Assembly (NCBI GenBank): GCA_964387275.1 | Contig: CAYLVW010000001.1 | Location: 150,619 to 214,618 of the forward strand | DNA: 64,000 nucleotides | Source of the DNA: an uncultured Candidatus Saccharibacteria bacterium | GTDB lineage: Bacteria; Patescibacteriota; WWE3; UBA101185; UBA10185 | Direction of reading: 5' to 3' | Part shown: piece after piece, positions 9,905 through 19,750 of the stretch | Layout of the letters: each line of letters opens with the position of its first letter | How positions within the stretch are numbered: position 1 is the stretch's first letter | The notes under the pieces: generated by a model | The model's input: only the letters and a program-made list of their open reading frames with translations | Databases searched by the model: none | What the model was told of the DNA's origin: nothing | Program-made: the position numbers and the translations under genes

Positions 9905-10324
9905 ATGCCAACTATTAATCAATTATTAAGAGCCGGAAGGCACGACAAGAAAGCAAAAGTTAAGACTAAAGCACTTACTGATATATGGAACTCCAAAAAA
10001 AGAGTTAACAAAGTAAGTCCGGGGCCTTTTAGAAAGGGAGTTTGCTTGCAGGTAAAAACTCAAACACCTAAAAAACCAAACTCTGCTTTAAGAAAGGTTG
10101 CCAGAGTTAGGCTTTCTAATAAAAGAGAGGTAACTGCTTACATACCTGGAGAAGGTCATACCTTGCAGGAACACTCTGTTGTTTTAGTAAGAGGTGGTAG
10201 AGTTAAAGACTTACCAGGTATCAAGTACACTATAGTAAGAGGTAAATTTGATTTGCAGGGTATTGAGAAGCGAAGAACTTCTAGATCCATTTATGGAACT
10301 AAACGACCTGCTAAGAAGAAATAA
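9905..10324 (+). CDS. rpsL: 30S ribosomal protein S12
   Basis: [26 protein letters not shown]. Confidence 0.99.
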   Translation: MPTINQLLRAGRHDKKAKVKTKALTDIWNSKKRVNKVSPGPFRKGVCLQVKTQTPKKPNSALRKVARVRLSNKREVTAYIPGEGHTLQEHSVVLVRGGRVKDLPGIKYTIVRGKFDLQGIEKRRTSRSIYGTKRPAKKK

Positions 10325-10337
10325 TTAGGAGAAATTT

Positions 10338-10805
10338 ATGCGAGGTAAGTCACAAATCAAAAGACCAATACTAACTGACCCAATCTACAAGTCTAAAGTT
10401 GTATCAAGACTAATAAATGCCGTGATGTTGCATGGTAAGAAGTCTACCTCTGAGTCTATTGTATATGGGGCTTTGGAGAAGATTTCAGCCGACAAGAAAG
10501 ATGCGTTGACTTTTTTTGAGGCAGCAATTAAGAATGTTATGCCCACTCAAGAGGTTAGATCTAAGAGAGTTGGGGGAGCTACTTATCAGGTACCTATGCC
10601 TTTAAAGCATGAAAGATCTGAAGCCCTTGCTGTAAGATGGATTGTTGATTCTTGCAGAGGTAAGAGCGGTAAACCTATGGTTGATAGACTTTTTGAAGAG
10701 TTAAAGAATGCCCATGAGGGTCAGGGTTCTTCTATTAAGAAGAGAGACGACACTCATAGGATGGCTGAAGCTAACAGAGCTTTCGCTCATTTTGGTAGGT
10801 TTTAA
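10338..10805 (+). CDS. rpsG: 30S ribosomal protein S7
   Basis: RVGGATYQVP, HRMAEANRAFAH. SD AGGAG. Confidence 0.99.
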   Translation: MRGKSQIKRPILTDPIYKSKVVSRLINAVMLHGKKSTSESIVYGALEKISADKKDALTFFEAAIKNVMPTQEVRSKRVGGATYQVPMPLKHERSEALAVRWIVDSCRGKSGKPMVDRLFEELKNAHEGQGSSIKKRDDTHRMAEANRAFAHFGRF

Positions 10806-10806
10806 T

Positions 10807-10857
10807 TAGGTTTTGTGTTTTTGGGGCGGGCCTTTGGCCCGCCCCAAAACAAACCTA
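10807..10857. other. Strong GC-rich hairpin between rpsG and fusA (no U-tract on either strand)
   Basis: TTTTGGGGCGGGCC-TTT-GGCCCGCCCCAAAA, a 14-bp perfect stem (10819-10849), extendable via TAGGTTT/AAACCTA. Confidence 0.8.
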
Positions 10858-10946
10858 GCCCACCCAACAAAAGGACAGAAAAATAAAGTAAAAATTTAGT
10901 GCAGAATCTCTGCGAGTCTCACAAAGAGACACCAAAGAAAGAAAAT

Positions 10947-13025
10947 ATGGCAGAATCAATAAACAAACATTATCCATTAGAAAAAATCCGAAACATTGGG
11001 ATTATTGCTCATATTGATGCAGGTAAAACTACAACTACTGAAAGAGTTTTATACTATACAGGTGTTACTCATAAGATTGGTGAGGTTCACGAAGGTGCTG
11101 CTACTATGGACTGGATGGCCCAAGAAAGAGAACGAGGTATTACAATTACTTCGGCAGCTACTACTTGTTTTTGGGGAGATTGTAGGGTAAACATAATAGA
11201 TACTCCGGGACACGTTGATTTTACGGCTGAGGTAGAAAGATCTCTGAGAGTATTAGATGGCGGTGTAATCCTGTTGGATTCTTCTCAGGGTGTCGAGCCT
11301 CAAACTGAAACTGTTTGGAGACAGGCTCAAAAATATCACGTACCCCTAATCGTATTTGCAAATAAATTAGATAAGCTAGGCGGGGATTTCTACATGTCCA
11401 TGGATTCAATTCATGAGAGGATTTCCAAAGATGCCTATGCTGTACAACTACCAATTGGCTTTGAAGGAGATTTTAACGGAGTTGTTGATCTTATAACAAG
11501 AAAAGCCTATACCTTCGAAGGAAAGATGGGAAATGATATCAAGGAAGTTGAAATTCCTTCTGATATGGTCTCTAAGGTTGAGGAATATCGAACTAAACTA
11601 GTAGAAAAGGTTTGTGAATCTGATGAAGCGCTTATTGAGAAATATTTATCTGGAGAAGAGATTTCTATTGATGAGATTAAATCTGCCTTACGACAGTTGG
11701 TTATTACAACAAAAATCTACCCAGTATTTGCTGGAGCATCTCTTGCTAATGTTGGAGTCCAAAAAATGTTAGATGGTGTCATCGACTACCTACCAAGCCC
11801 TAAAGATGTTGGTGCTGTTAAGGGTTATAGGTCTGGTGTGGAAGAACCAATAATGATGGAAGCGGATGATAAGGCACCTTTTACTGCTCTGGCATTTAAA
11901 GTTCAGACGGATCCTTTTGTAGGTAGGCTTACTTACTTTAGAGTTTATTCTGGAAAGATTACAGCAGGTTCTTATGTATATAACTCCACAAAAGACAAGA
12001 AAGAGCGAATAGGTAGAATTCTTTTAATGCATGCAAATCACAGAGAGGAAGTTAAAGAAATTTCTGCTGGTGAGATTGGAGCTGCTGTAGGTCTTGATGC
12101 TACAACAGGTGATACGATTTGTTCTGAGTCAGACCCAATAGTACTTGAATCAATCAATTTTGCAGAACCGGTTATAGGTCTTGTTATTGAACCAAAAACA
12201 AAAGCAGATAGAGATAAACTGGGTGAATCTTTAAAGAAATTTACAGAAGAAGACCCCACATTTAAAGTAGGTTCTAATGCAGAGACTGGCGAAACCTTAG
12301 TTTACGGTATGGGTGAATTACATTTAGAAATTATCGTTGATAGATTAAGAAGAGAGTTTAATGTCGAAGTAAATACAGGTAAACCTCAGGTTGCCTATAG
12401 AGAAAGTATTAAGAATAAAGTAGATCAAGAAGGTAAATATATCAGGCAGTCGGGAGGTAGGGGGCAGTATGGTCATGTATTTATTACGCTAGAGCCTTTG
12501 GAACGCGGTAAAGGTTTTGAATTTGCAAATAAGATTGTAGGTGGATCTATACCCCGTGAGTATATACCGGCAGTTGAAAAAGGTGTTAGAGAAGCTATTC
12601 AGGCTGGTGTCGTAGCTGGATATCCTGTTGTTGATGTAAGGGTGTCCTTATTTGATGGATCTTTCCACGAAGTAGATTCTTCCGAAATGGCCTTTAAGTT
12701 TGCAGGTCTGGAAGCTTTCAAAGATGCTCAGAGAAAAGCACAGCCTTATTTGCTGGAGCCTATAATGAAGGTCGAGGTTACAACCCCTGAAGAGTTTATG
12801 GGGGATGTTATCGGTAACTTATCTAGTAAGAGAGGTAGGATCGAGGGAACTGAAACACGAGGTAATGCTAGAGTTATTACTGCAACCGTACCACTTGCAG
12901 AGATGTTTGGGTATGCTACTGAGCTTAGAGGTATGACACAGGGTAGAGCTGCATTTGTTATGGAACCAAGTCATTATGAAGAGGTTCCAGCAAGTATAGT
13001 AGAGAAGTTAGCAACTAAGAAGTAA
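10947..13025 (+). CDS. fusA: Elongation factor G
   Basis: [30 protein letters not shown]. The ATG at 10947 is preferred over the GTG at 10899 on expected length. Confidence 0.98.
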   Translation: MAESINKHYPLEKIRNIGIIAHIDAGKTTTTERVLYYTGVTHKIGEVHEGAATMDWMAQERERGITITSAATTCFWGDCRVNIIDTPGHVDFTAEVERSLRVLDGGVILLDSSQGVEPQTETVWRQAQKYHVPLIVFANKLDKLGGDFYMSMDSIHERISKDAYAVQLPIGFEGDFNGVVDLITRKAYTFEGKMGNDIKEVEIPSDMVSKVEEYRTKLVEKVCESDEALIEKYLSGEEISIDEIKSALRQLVITTKIYPVFAGASLANVGVQKMLDGVIDYLPSPKDVGAVKGYRSGVEEPIMMEADDKAPFTALAFKVQTDPFVGRLTYFRVYSGKITAGSYVYNSTKDKKERIGRILLMHANHREEVKEISAGEIGAAVGLDATTGDTICSESDPIVLESINFAEPVIGLVIEPKTKADRDKLGESLKKFTEEDPTFKVGSNAETGETLVYGMGELHLEIIVDRLRREFNVEVNTGKPQVAYRESIKNKVDQEGKYIRQSGGRGQYGHVFITLEPLERGKGFEFANKIVGGSIPREYIPAVEKGVREAIQAGVVAGYPVVDVRVSLFDGSFHEVDSSEMAFKFAGLEAFKDAQRKAQPYLLEPIMKVEVTTPEEFMGDVIGNLSSKRGRIEGTETRGNARVITATVPLAEMFGYATELRGMTQGRAAFVMEPSHYEEVPASIVEKLATKK

Positions 13026-13148
13026 ATTTCTGCGAACTAAATCGCGATTTACCTCTGGTCACATATTGCAGTGTACTTTTAGTAGGGCTAAAAGACTCGG
13101 TCTAAAAGCATAGTTTTAAGTAAACAGAGGAATTTTTAGGTAAATTAC

Positions 13149-13176
13149 TTGCTTAGTGCCAAATTTGTTTTAAAAT
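13149..13176 (+). promoter_or_regulatory. Candidate tuf promoter
   Basis: TTGCTT-N16-TAAAAT within the 365-bp fusA-tuf spacer, flanked by the inverted repeat CTTGCTTA/TAAGCAAG. Confidence 0.35.
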
Positions 13177-13390
13177 AAGCAAGAAACTACATAAAAGTCT
13201 TGCAATTGATTACAATTTTTGGTTAACTATACAACTAGCTCTGTTAACTACTAGTGCTTTAGCGTGGCAAGTTCTGACCCGCTTAGCGAAAAAGACAGTT
13301 GCACTATTGCTTTGTAAATAATTAATTATTTAAGACTTAAACTGAAGGTTTACGCGCTAGGAATAAGTCTTTAGTTTAGAAAGGTCAAAC

Positions 13391-14563
13391 ATGGCTGATT
13401 TCGTAAGAAATAAACTACACGTCAATGTTGGTACTATTGGTCACGTCGATCATGGTAAGACAACCTTGACAGCTGCTATCACAAAAGTATTAGCAGAAAA
13501 AGGACAGGCTCAATTTAGAGCATATGATTCCATTGATAAAGCTCCTGAAGAGAGAGCCAGAGGAATTACAATTAATATTACTCACGTAGAGTATGAAACT
13601 GCAAAAAGACATTACGCACATATTGATGCTCCAGGGCACGCAGATTACATTAAGAATATGATTACAGGTGCTGCACAAATGGATGGTGCTATTTTGGTAG
13701 TATCAGCTCCAGATGGACCTATGCCTCAGACCAGAGAGCATATTTTACTTGCTAAGCAGGTGAATGTTCCAGCTCTTGTGGTATTCATGAATAAGTGTGA
13801 CATGGTTCAAGACGCAGAAATTCTAGAATTAGTTGAAATGGAAGTTAAAGAATTACTTGCTAAGTATGGTTACAATGATGTTCCTGTTATCAAGGGTTCT
13901 GCTGTAAAAGCTTTAGAAGGTGATGCAGCTGCTGTAAAAGCCATTGAAGACTTAATGGACGCAGTAGATAATCACATTCCAGATCCAGTTAGAGAATTAG
14001 ACAAGCCATTCTTGATGCCCGTAGAAGATGTTTTCTCAATTATGGGAAGAGGTACAGTTGCTACCGGTAGAGCTGAAAGAGGAGTACTTAAGATCAACGA
14101 AGAAGTAGAAATTGTTGGTATTAAAGACACAAAAAAGGTAGTAGTAACCGGTATTGAAATGTTTAAGAAGTCAATGCAGGAATGTCAAGCTGGTGATAAC
14201 GTAGGCATATTGCTAAGAGGGGTTGAAAGAACTGACATCGAAAGAGGTCAAGTTTTAGCAAAACCAGGTTCAATTAAGCCACATACAGAGTTTGAAGCTC
14301 AGGTTTACGTACTTTCCAAAGACGAAGGTGGTAGACACAAGTCTTTCTTCTCTGGTTATAGACCACAGTTCTATTTAAGAACCACAGACGTTACTGGTGA
14401 GATTACACTCCCAGCAGGTGTCGAAATGGTAATGCCTGGAGATGATGTCAAACTTACTGTTAAGCTCATTACTCCAGTTGCTTTAGAAGATGGTTTAAGA
14501 TTTGCTATTAGAGAAGGTGGTCACACAGTTGGTGCTGGTGTTATCACTAAGGTAATAGCCTAA
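13391..14563 (+). CDS. tuf: Elongation factor Tu
   Basis: [47 protein letters not shown]. Confidence 0.99.
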   Translation: MADFVRNKLHVNVGTIGHVDHGKTTLTAAITKVLAEKGQAQFRAYDSIDKAPEERARGITINITHVEYETAKRHYAHIDAPGHADYIKNMITGAAQMDGAILVVSAPDGPMPQTREHILLAKQVNVPALVVFMNKCDMVQDAEILELVEMEVKELLAKYGYNDVPVIKGSAVKALEGDAAAVKAIEDLMDAVDNHIPDPVRELDKPFLMPVEDVFSIMGRGTVATGRAERGVLKINEEVEIVGIKDTKKVVVTGIEMFKKSMQECQAGDNVGILLRGVERTDIERGQVLAKPGSIKPHTEFEAQVYVLSKDEGGRHKSFFSGYRPQFYLRTTDVTGEITLPAGVEMVMPGDDVKLTVKLITPVALEDGLRFAIREGGHTVGAGVITKVIA

Positions 14564-14574
14564 GAAAGAAATTT

Positions 14575-14895
14575 ATGGCAAAGGTAGCTAAAGAATACAA
14601 AATCAGAATAAAACTAAATGCTTATGATAGCAGGATTATGGATCTTAGCTGTTCCAAGATTGTAGACACTGCAATTAGAACCGGGGCTAAAGTGGTTGGC
14701 CCCGTACCTTTGCCCACTAGAACCGAGAGATTTACCGTTATTAGAGGACCTCACATTGATAAGAGGTCAAGAGAGCAATTTGAATTAAAGACTCATAAGA
14801 GAGTCATAGATATACTTAATCCCACAGGGTCTACAATTGACAGCCTGTCGCACTTAAGTCTTCCTGCGGGAGTAGGTATATCTATAAAGATGTGA
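14575..14895 (+). CDS. rpsJ: 30S ribosomal protein S10
   Basis: [24 protein letters not shown]. Confidence 0.98.
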   Translation: MAKVAKEYKIRIKLNAYDSRIMDLSCSKIVDTAIRTGAKVVGPVPLPTRTERFTVIRGPHIDKRSREQFELKTHKRVIDILNPTGSTIDSLSHLSLPAGVGISIKM

Positions 14896-14931
14896 TAGAG
14901 CCACTTGGGTTGTCCGTACTATTAGTAATTT

Positions 14932-14960
14932 AGGGTTTCTGGCCCAGAAAAGCCTTTTTT
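14932..14960 (+). terminator. Putative intrinsic terminator after rpsJ
   Basis: AGG-G-TTTCTG/CAGAAA-AG-CCT stem followed by a T run. Confidence 0.5.
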
Positions 14961-14972
14961 GCTTGCAAATAC

Positions 14973-15001
14973 TGGATAAAAACACATAAAAGTGATATAC
15001 T
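14973..15001 (+). promoter_or_regulatory. Promoter upstream of rplC
   Basis: TGGATA-N17-TATACT with extended -10 TG at 14993-14994. Confidence 0.55.
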
Positions 15002-15022
15002 GAATGCCGTTTACAGTCGATT

Positions 15023-15042
15023 GGCGCAGTAGCGCCTTTTTT
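15023..15042 (+). terminator. Attenuator-like hairpin in the rplC leader
   Basis: GGCGC-AGTA-GCGCC followed by TTTTTT, 19 nt before the rplC ATG. Confidence 0.5.
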
Positions 15043-15061
15043 GATGGAAATTAGGAAGAAT

Positions 15062-15487
15062 ATGGAACAAATACTAAAAGGAATAAAAGTAAATATGACT
15101 CAAATTTTCCAGGATGATGGAACACTCCTTCCTGTAACAATAGTAAAATCGGATTCTGATCTTAATAAAGATATGGAGAATAAGGATGTGGTGATTATTG
15201 GTACTTCCAAAGGTAAGGGTTTTGCTGGAGGCATGAAAAAATGGAATTTTAAAGGTCAGGAAATGACTAGAGGTATGTCGGATGGGCCAAGAAAACCTGG
15301 TTCTCCCGGAGCTCAGACCCCAGGTAGGGTTTTAAGAGGTAAAAAAATGGCAGGACGTCTTGGTGGGGAAAGAGTAACAGTAAAGGGTATTAGAATAGTA
15401 AAAATTGACGAGTCACAGAAGTTTGTTTATGTTTTAGGGCCAGTACCAGGTGCTAGGAACTCAAAAGTTGAGTTAAAGGTTTTATAA
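15062..15487 (+). CDS. rplC: 50S ribosomal protein L3, internally shortened (141 aa)
   Basis: MTQIF..PVT, GTSKGKGFAG, TPGRVLRGKKMAG, GPVPGA, plus operon position. The ATG at 15062 follows AGGAAG. Confidence 0.95.
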   Translation: MEQILKGIKVNMTQIFQDDGTLLPVTIVKSDSDLNKDMENKDVVIIGTSKGKGFAGGMKKWNFKGQEMTRGMSDGPRKPGSPGAQTPGRVLRGKKMAGRLGGERVTVKGIRIVKIDESQKFVYVLGPVPGARNSKVELKVL

Positions 15488-15488
15488 T

Positions 15489-16115
15489 ATGAAATTAGAT
15501 GTACTAGATTTACAAGGAAATAAAGTAGAAACAATTGAGTTATCTAAAGAAGTATTTGGCGCCAAACCAAACTTAGATTTAATTGCTCAATATGTCAGAG
15601 TGTATTTAGCCAACCAAAGACAGGGCACTTCTTCAACTAAGACTAGGGCGGAAGTATCCGGTAGTGGTAAGAAACCTTGGAAACAAAAAGGTACTGGTAG
15701 AGCTCGTGTTAGTGCCTCTAGAATTCCTCTTTGGAGACATGGTGGTATTTCACATGGTCCTAAACCTAAGGATTGGTCACTAAACATGCCAAAAAAGATG
15801 AAACAACTTGCTTTAATTCACTCTATCTCAAAATACATAAATGCTGATGCTGTAAGGATTTTATCTGAAGTGAAGTTAGACACACCGAAGACTAAAACTA
15901 TGTCAGATTTGAGGAAGGCTTTAGGTATAAAAGGGAAGACTCTTTTAGTTACTAAAAGTACAAATACCAGCGTATTAAAAAGTACAAGAAATATCAAAGG
16001 TTTTGAGGTATCAGATGTAAAAACATTAAATGCATACTCAGTACTAAGTTCTAAGAATGTATTGTTTGTAAAAGATGCTGTAGAAGCATTAAAGGCTAGA
16101 TATGAGACTAAATAA
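15489..16115 (+). CDS. rplD: 50S ribosomal protein L4
   Basis: RQGT..TKTRAEVSG, KPWKQKGTGRAR. Confidence 0.98.
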   Translation: MKLDVLDLQGNKVETIELSKEVFGAKPNLDLIAQYVRVYLANQRQGTSSTKTRAEVSGSGKKPWKQKGTGRARVSASRIPLWRHGGISHGPKPKDWSLNMPKKMKQLALIHSISKYINADAVRILSEVKLDTPKTKTMSDLRKALGIKGKTLLVTKSTNTSVLKSTRNIKGFEVSDVKTLNAYSVLSSKNVLFVKDAVEALKARYETK

Positions 16116-16392
16116 AGTATTAATTAAACCATTAGTAACTGAAAAAAGTGTTGCATTAAACGCTTTAAATAGATATATTTTTGAGGTTTCAATGCAGGCA
16201 ACAAAGGGATCTATTGTGGATGAAATCAAAAGTGTTTTTGGTGTTGACGTAACAGAGATAAGAACAATTATTATGCCTGGAAAGAAAAGAAGAATCGCAA
16301 AGACTAATAGATTTGGAAAAACAGCCAAGAGGAAGAAGGCTATAGTTACTCTAAAGGAAGGTCAAAAGATAGACTTTGTTAGTGAGAAGTAA
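16102..16392 (+). CDS. rplW: 50S ribosomal protein L23
   Basis: PLVTEKS, KKAIVTL. Confidence 0.97.
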   Translation: MRLNKVLIKPLVTEKSVALNALNRYIFEVSMQATKGSIVDEIKSVFGVDVTEIRTIIMPGKKRRIAKTNRFGKTAKRKKAIVTLKEGQKIDFVSEK

Positions 16393-16413
16393 CAAGAATC
16401 TTCTAATAAGCAT

Positions 16414-17229
16414 ATGATAAAAACTTATAAACCAACTAGCGCAGGAATAAGATTTAGAAAAACACTCGTAAGAGAGGTTTCAAAAAGTAGACCTGAGAAA
16501 AGTCTTATTCAAGCTTTAAAAGGTAATGCAGGTAGAAATTCAGGTAAAATATCCAGTGGTGATAGGATTAGAGGTACCAAGAAATTTTATAGAATAATCG
16601 ATTTTAAAAGAAACAAGAAAGATATCGAAGGAATCGTTTCTCGTATTGAATATGATCCTAATAGAGGTCCAAATATTGCATTAATCAACTATAGAGACGG
16701 TGAAAAAAGATATATTTTGGCTCCGGAAGGTTTAAAAGAAGGAATGAAGGTCTTAGCTTCTGAAAAAGCTGAGATACTGCCAGGTAATGCTCTACCTTTG
16801 GGCAATATACCTTTAGGTACTACTGTTCATAACGTTGAAATAAACCCAGGTAGGGGCGGTCAGTTGGTAAGAGCTGCTGGTAACGGAGCTATGATTCTAG
16901 CTAAGGATGGGGCTTTCGTAAATTTACAATTACCAAGTGGATCTGTTATGAAGATTTTGACATCTTGTATAGCAACTGTTGGTACTCTTAGTAACTCCGA
17001 TTTACGAAATACAGTACTTGGTAAAGCAGGAAAGATGAAATATAAAGGCAGAAGACCTCACGTAAGAGGTGTTGCTATGGCAAACCCATCTGATCACCCT
17101 CATGCAGGTTCTTATAGAGATAACGGTGTTGGTATGACTCCTAAGACTCCTTGGGGTAAAAAAGCAAGAGGGGTTCCTACAAGACGAAGAAGAAATACAG
17201 ATAAGTTGATTGTTAAAAGAAGGAAATAA
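16414..17229 (+). CDS. rplB: 50S ribosomal protein L2
   Basis: [33 protein letters not shown]. Confidence 0.98.
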   Translation: MIKTYKPTSAGIRFRKTLVREVSKSRPEKSLIQALKGNAGRNSGKISSGDRIRGTKKFYRIIDFKRNKKDIEGIVSRIEYDPNRGPNIALINYRDGEKRYILAPEGLKEGMKVLASEKAEILPGNALPLGNIPLGTTVHNVEINPGRGGQLVRAAGNGAMILAKDGAFVNLQLPSGSVMKILTSCIATVGTLSNSDLRNTVLGKAGKMKYKGRRPHVRGVAMANPSDHPHAGSYRDNGVGMTPKTPWGKKARGVPTRRRRNTDKLIVKRRK

Positions 17230-17231
17230 AA

Positions 17232-17510
17232 ATGTCACGATCTTTAACTAAAGGTCCCTTTACGGACGAAAAATTAATGGAAAAAGTCAAAAAGATGCTT
17301 ACTTCGGAAAAGAAGTCAGCAATAAGAACTTGGTCCAGGAGGTCTACGATTACACCAGAAATGGTAGGGCTTAGTTTTGAGGTCCACAATGGTAAAGATT
17401 TTTTGAATGTATTTGTTACTGAGGCTATGGTAGGTCATAAACTTGGAGAATTTTCACATACAAGGAAGTTTAGAGGACACTCATCTAAAAAGGGAGTAGA
17501 AGGAAAGTAG
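17232..17510 (+). CDS. rpsS: 30S ribosomal protein S19
   Basis: [25 protein letters not shown]. Confidence 0.98.
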   Translation: MSRSLTKGPFTDEKLMEKVKKMLTSEKKSAIRTWSRRSTITPEMVGLSFEVHNGKDFLNVFVTEAMVGHKLGEFSHTRKFRGHSSKKGVEGK

Positions 17511-17517
17511 TAAGTAT

Positions 17518-17865
17518 ATGAATAAAGCATTAGTTTACGCAAAATATAAGAGTGCTCGAATATCACCAAAGAAAGTGGCACCAATCTTGGATCTTGTAAG
17601 AGGTAAAGGTGTACATGATGCCCGATTGATATTATCTTTTGATCCTACAAAAGCCGCAAAACTTGCTCTTAAAGTTATAAATTCAGCGTTAGCCAACGCA
17701 AAAAACAACCTGTCTTTGGCTGAGAGTAACCTGTACGTTTCAGAATTACACGTTAGCGGTGGTGCAACTTTTAAAAGAGGTAGAGCTGGTTCAAGGCTAA
17801 GATATAGACCAATACTTAAAAGAACAAGTCATTTAATAGTAGGTTTGTCGGAAAGGACTAAATAA
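17518..17865 (+). CDS. rplV: 50S ribosomal protein L22
   Basis: RISPKK, SALANA, ILKRTSH. Confidence 0.97.
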   Translation: MNKALVYAKYKSARISPKKVAPILDLVRGKGVHDARLILSFDPTKAAKLALKVINSALANAKNNLSLAESNLYVSELHVSGGATFKRGRAGSRLRYRPILKRTSHLIVGLSERTK

Positions 17866-17866
17866 A

Positions 17867-18499
17867 ATGGGTCAGAAGATAAATCCTTTAGGTTTTAGAA
17901 TAGGTATTACAAGAGACTGGACCTCCAGATGGTTTGCTGACAAAGTGAACTATTCAAAATACTTACTTGAGGATCAAAATATCAGAGGTTTCTTGAAGAA
18001 GAGATTTGAAGCAGCTGGTTTGAAAGAAATTGCTATAGAGAGAAATCTCAACGAATTAGGTATAACAGTAAGAGTTGCAAAGCCTGGTATGGTTATTGGT
18101 AAAGGAGGCGCTGGAGTAGAAGAAGTAGAAAAAGAGCTTAAGAAAATGACTAAGTCTAAAATTAAGCTGACAGCTGAAGAGGTTAAGACTCCTGAGATTG
18201 AGGCACAGTTGGTAGGGGATTACATAGCACGGCAGTTAAAAAGAAGAATGCCTTATAGAAGAGTGGGTATTTCAGCAATAACTTCTGCAATGGATAAGGG
18301 TGCAAAAGGTATAAAAATTAAATTTTCAGGACTACTTAGTGGAGGTAACTCTATCGCAAGAACAGAAGTTATGAAGAAGGGTTCTATCCCAGCACAGACC
18401 CTAAGAGCCGATGTAGATTATGCACAAATACATTGCCAGATGATTTACGGGACAATAGGCATAAAGGTATGGATTTATAGAGGAGAATTTAAAAAGTAA
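17867..18499 (+). CDS. rpsC: 30S ribosomal protein S3
   Basis: MGQKINPLGFR, KPGMVIGKGG, TLRADVDY, GIKVWI. Confidence 0.98.
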   Translation: MGQKINPLGFRIGITRDWTSRWFADKVNYSKYLLEDQNIRGFLKKRFEAAGLKEIAIERNLNELGITVRVAKPGMVIGKGGAGVEEVEKELKKMTKSKIKLTAEEVKTPEIEAQLVGDYIARQLKRRMPYRRVGISAITSAMDKGAKGIKIKFSGLLSGGNSIARTEVMKKGSIPAQTLRADVDYAQIHCQMIYGTIGIKVWIYRGEFKK

Positions 18500-18517
18500 T
18501 TTTTATTAAGGACGTTT

Positions 18518-18931
18518 ATGTTACTACCTAAGAAAGTAAAATACAGAAAGCAGCAAAGAGGTACAAACAAAGGCTTAGCCGTCAGAGGTTTTTACATAGC
18601 TTTTGGTGAGTATGCTTTAAAATCTGAAGACAGGGGCATGCTTACATCTAGACAGATTGAAGCTGCCAGAAAAGCTATTGCTCATGAAACAAAAAGAGGT
18701 GGTAAGCTTTGGATAAGGGTATTCCCGGACAAGCCAATCTCAAAAAAACCTGCAGAAACAAGAATGGGTTCCGGTAAGGCTCCTGTTGATCATTATTCTG
18801 CCGTTGTTAAACCGGGAAAGATCATATTTGAGCTGCTTGGTGTTACAGAGGAGGTTGCTAAGGCTGCTTTTTCTAAGGCTTCAGCAAAGCTTCCCTTAAA
18901 AACCAGAGTAGTATATAAAGATAGGATTTAA
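18518..18931 (+). CDS. rplP: 50S ribosomal protein L16
   Basis: [22 protein letters not shown]. Confidence 0.98.
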   Translation: MLLPKKVKYRKQQRGTNKGLAVRGFYIAFGEYALKSEDRGMLTSRQIEAARKAIAHETKRGGKLWIRVFPDKPISKKPAETRMGSGKAPVDHYSAVVKPGKIIFELLGVTEEVAKAAFSKASAKLPLKTRVVYKDRI

Positions 18932-18936
18932 AATAT

Positions 18937-19137
18937 ATGAAAACAGCAGAATTAAGAAAAAAAACTGAACAAGAACTGACTGAGACTTTAAAGAAGCTTA
19001 TTAAAGAATCTGATGAGAATAGATTAAACATCTTGAAAGGTAAGGAAAAAAATGTTAAGAAGGGTAGTCTTTTAAAAAAGCAAATTGCACAAGTTAAGAC
19101 AGTTTTAACTGAGAAAAGGATTTTACAAAATGCCTAA
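18937..19137 (+). CDS. rpmC: 50S ribosomal protein L29
   Basis: MKTAELR...KKQIAQVKT, size and operon position. Confidence 0.93.
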   Translation: MKTAELRKKTEQELTETLKKLIKESDENRLNILKGKEKNVKKGSLLKKQIAQVKTVLTEKRILQNA

Positions 19138-19372
19138 GAAAATATTTAACGGAACTATAACTTCCGACAAAATGAATAAGACCGTTGTAGTTACTGTATA
19201 CATGACTAAAAGACATCCTATCTACTCCAAAGTAGTTAAGGTTACAAAGAAGTTAAAAGCTAGAAATGAAATTGGTGCAAAGCTAGGCGATGTAGTAGCT
19301 ATAGAAGAAGTAAAGCCATTTAGTAAGGATGTTACTTGGATTGTAAAAGAAAAGGTTTCTGAGAAAGCATAA
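19130..19372 (+). CDS. rpsQ: 30S ribosomal protein S17
   Basis: SDKMNKTVVV, HPIY, GDVV.I.E..P.SK. Confidence 0.96.
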   Translation: MPKKIFNGTITSDKMNKTVVVTVYMTKRHPIYSKVVKVTKKLKARNEIGAKLGDVVAIEEVKPFSKDVTWIVKEKVSEKA

Positions 19373-19377
19373 AGTAT

Positions 19378-19746
19378 ATGTTACAAAGAGGATCAATAAT
19401 TAAATTAGCAGATAATTCAGGTGCCAAAGCGTTAAAGCTTATTGGTATTCCTGGGGCTTCTAAAAAAATCTATGCTTACGTAGGAGATGTGGTTGTTTGT
19501 GCTGTTAATGGTGCCTCTTCAGTAGGTGTTGTTAAAGATCACTCCGTTGTTAAGGCTTTGATTGTCAGAGCCAGAAAAGAGTACAGAAGGAAAGACGGTA
19601 GTTACATTAGATTCGATGATAACGCCGCTGTCATTGTTGATAAAGATGGCAATATGGTTGGTTCCAGAGTTTTTGGACCCGTTGCTAGAGAGCTAAGGGA
19701 CCGAGGATTTTTGAAGGTTGTATCATTAGCTAAGGAGGTATGGTAA
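19378..19746 (+). CDS. rplN: 50S ribosomal protein L14
   Basis: ADNSGAK, DGSYIRFDDNAAV, RVFGPVAREL. Confidence 0.98.
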   Translation: MLQRGSIIKLADNSGAKALKLIGIPGASKKIYAYVGDVVVCAVNGASSVGVVKDHSVVKALIVRARKEYRRKDGSYIRFDDNAAVIVDKDGNMVGSRVFGPVARELRDRGFLKVVSLAKEVW

Positions 19747-19750
19747 TCAT

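Noticed and set aside
9905-10324. Streptomycin-resistance changes in S12
   Set aside because: PKKPNSA and RVKDLPG are wild type.
10899-10946. N-terminal extension on EF-G from GTG 10899
   Set aside because: The ATG at 10947 gives the normal EF-G length. The extension is probably an ORF-caller artefact.
13026-13390. Possible tRNA genes upstream of tuf
   Set aside because: No cloverleaf with a TTCGA T-loop and acceptor stem could be found by eye. Treated as a structured leader instead.
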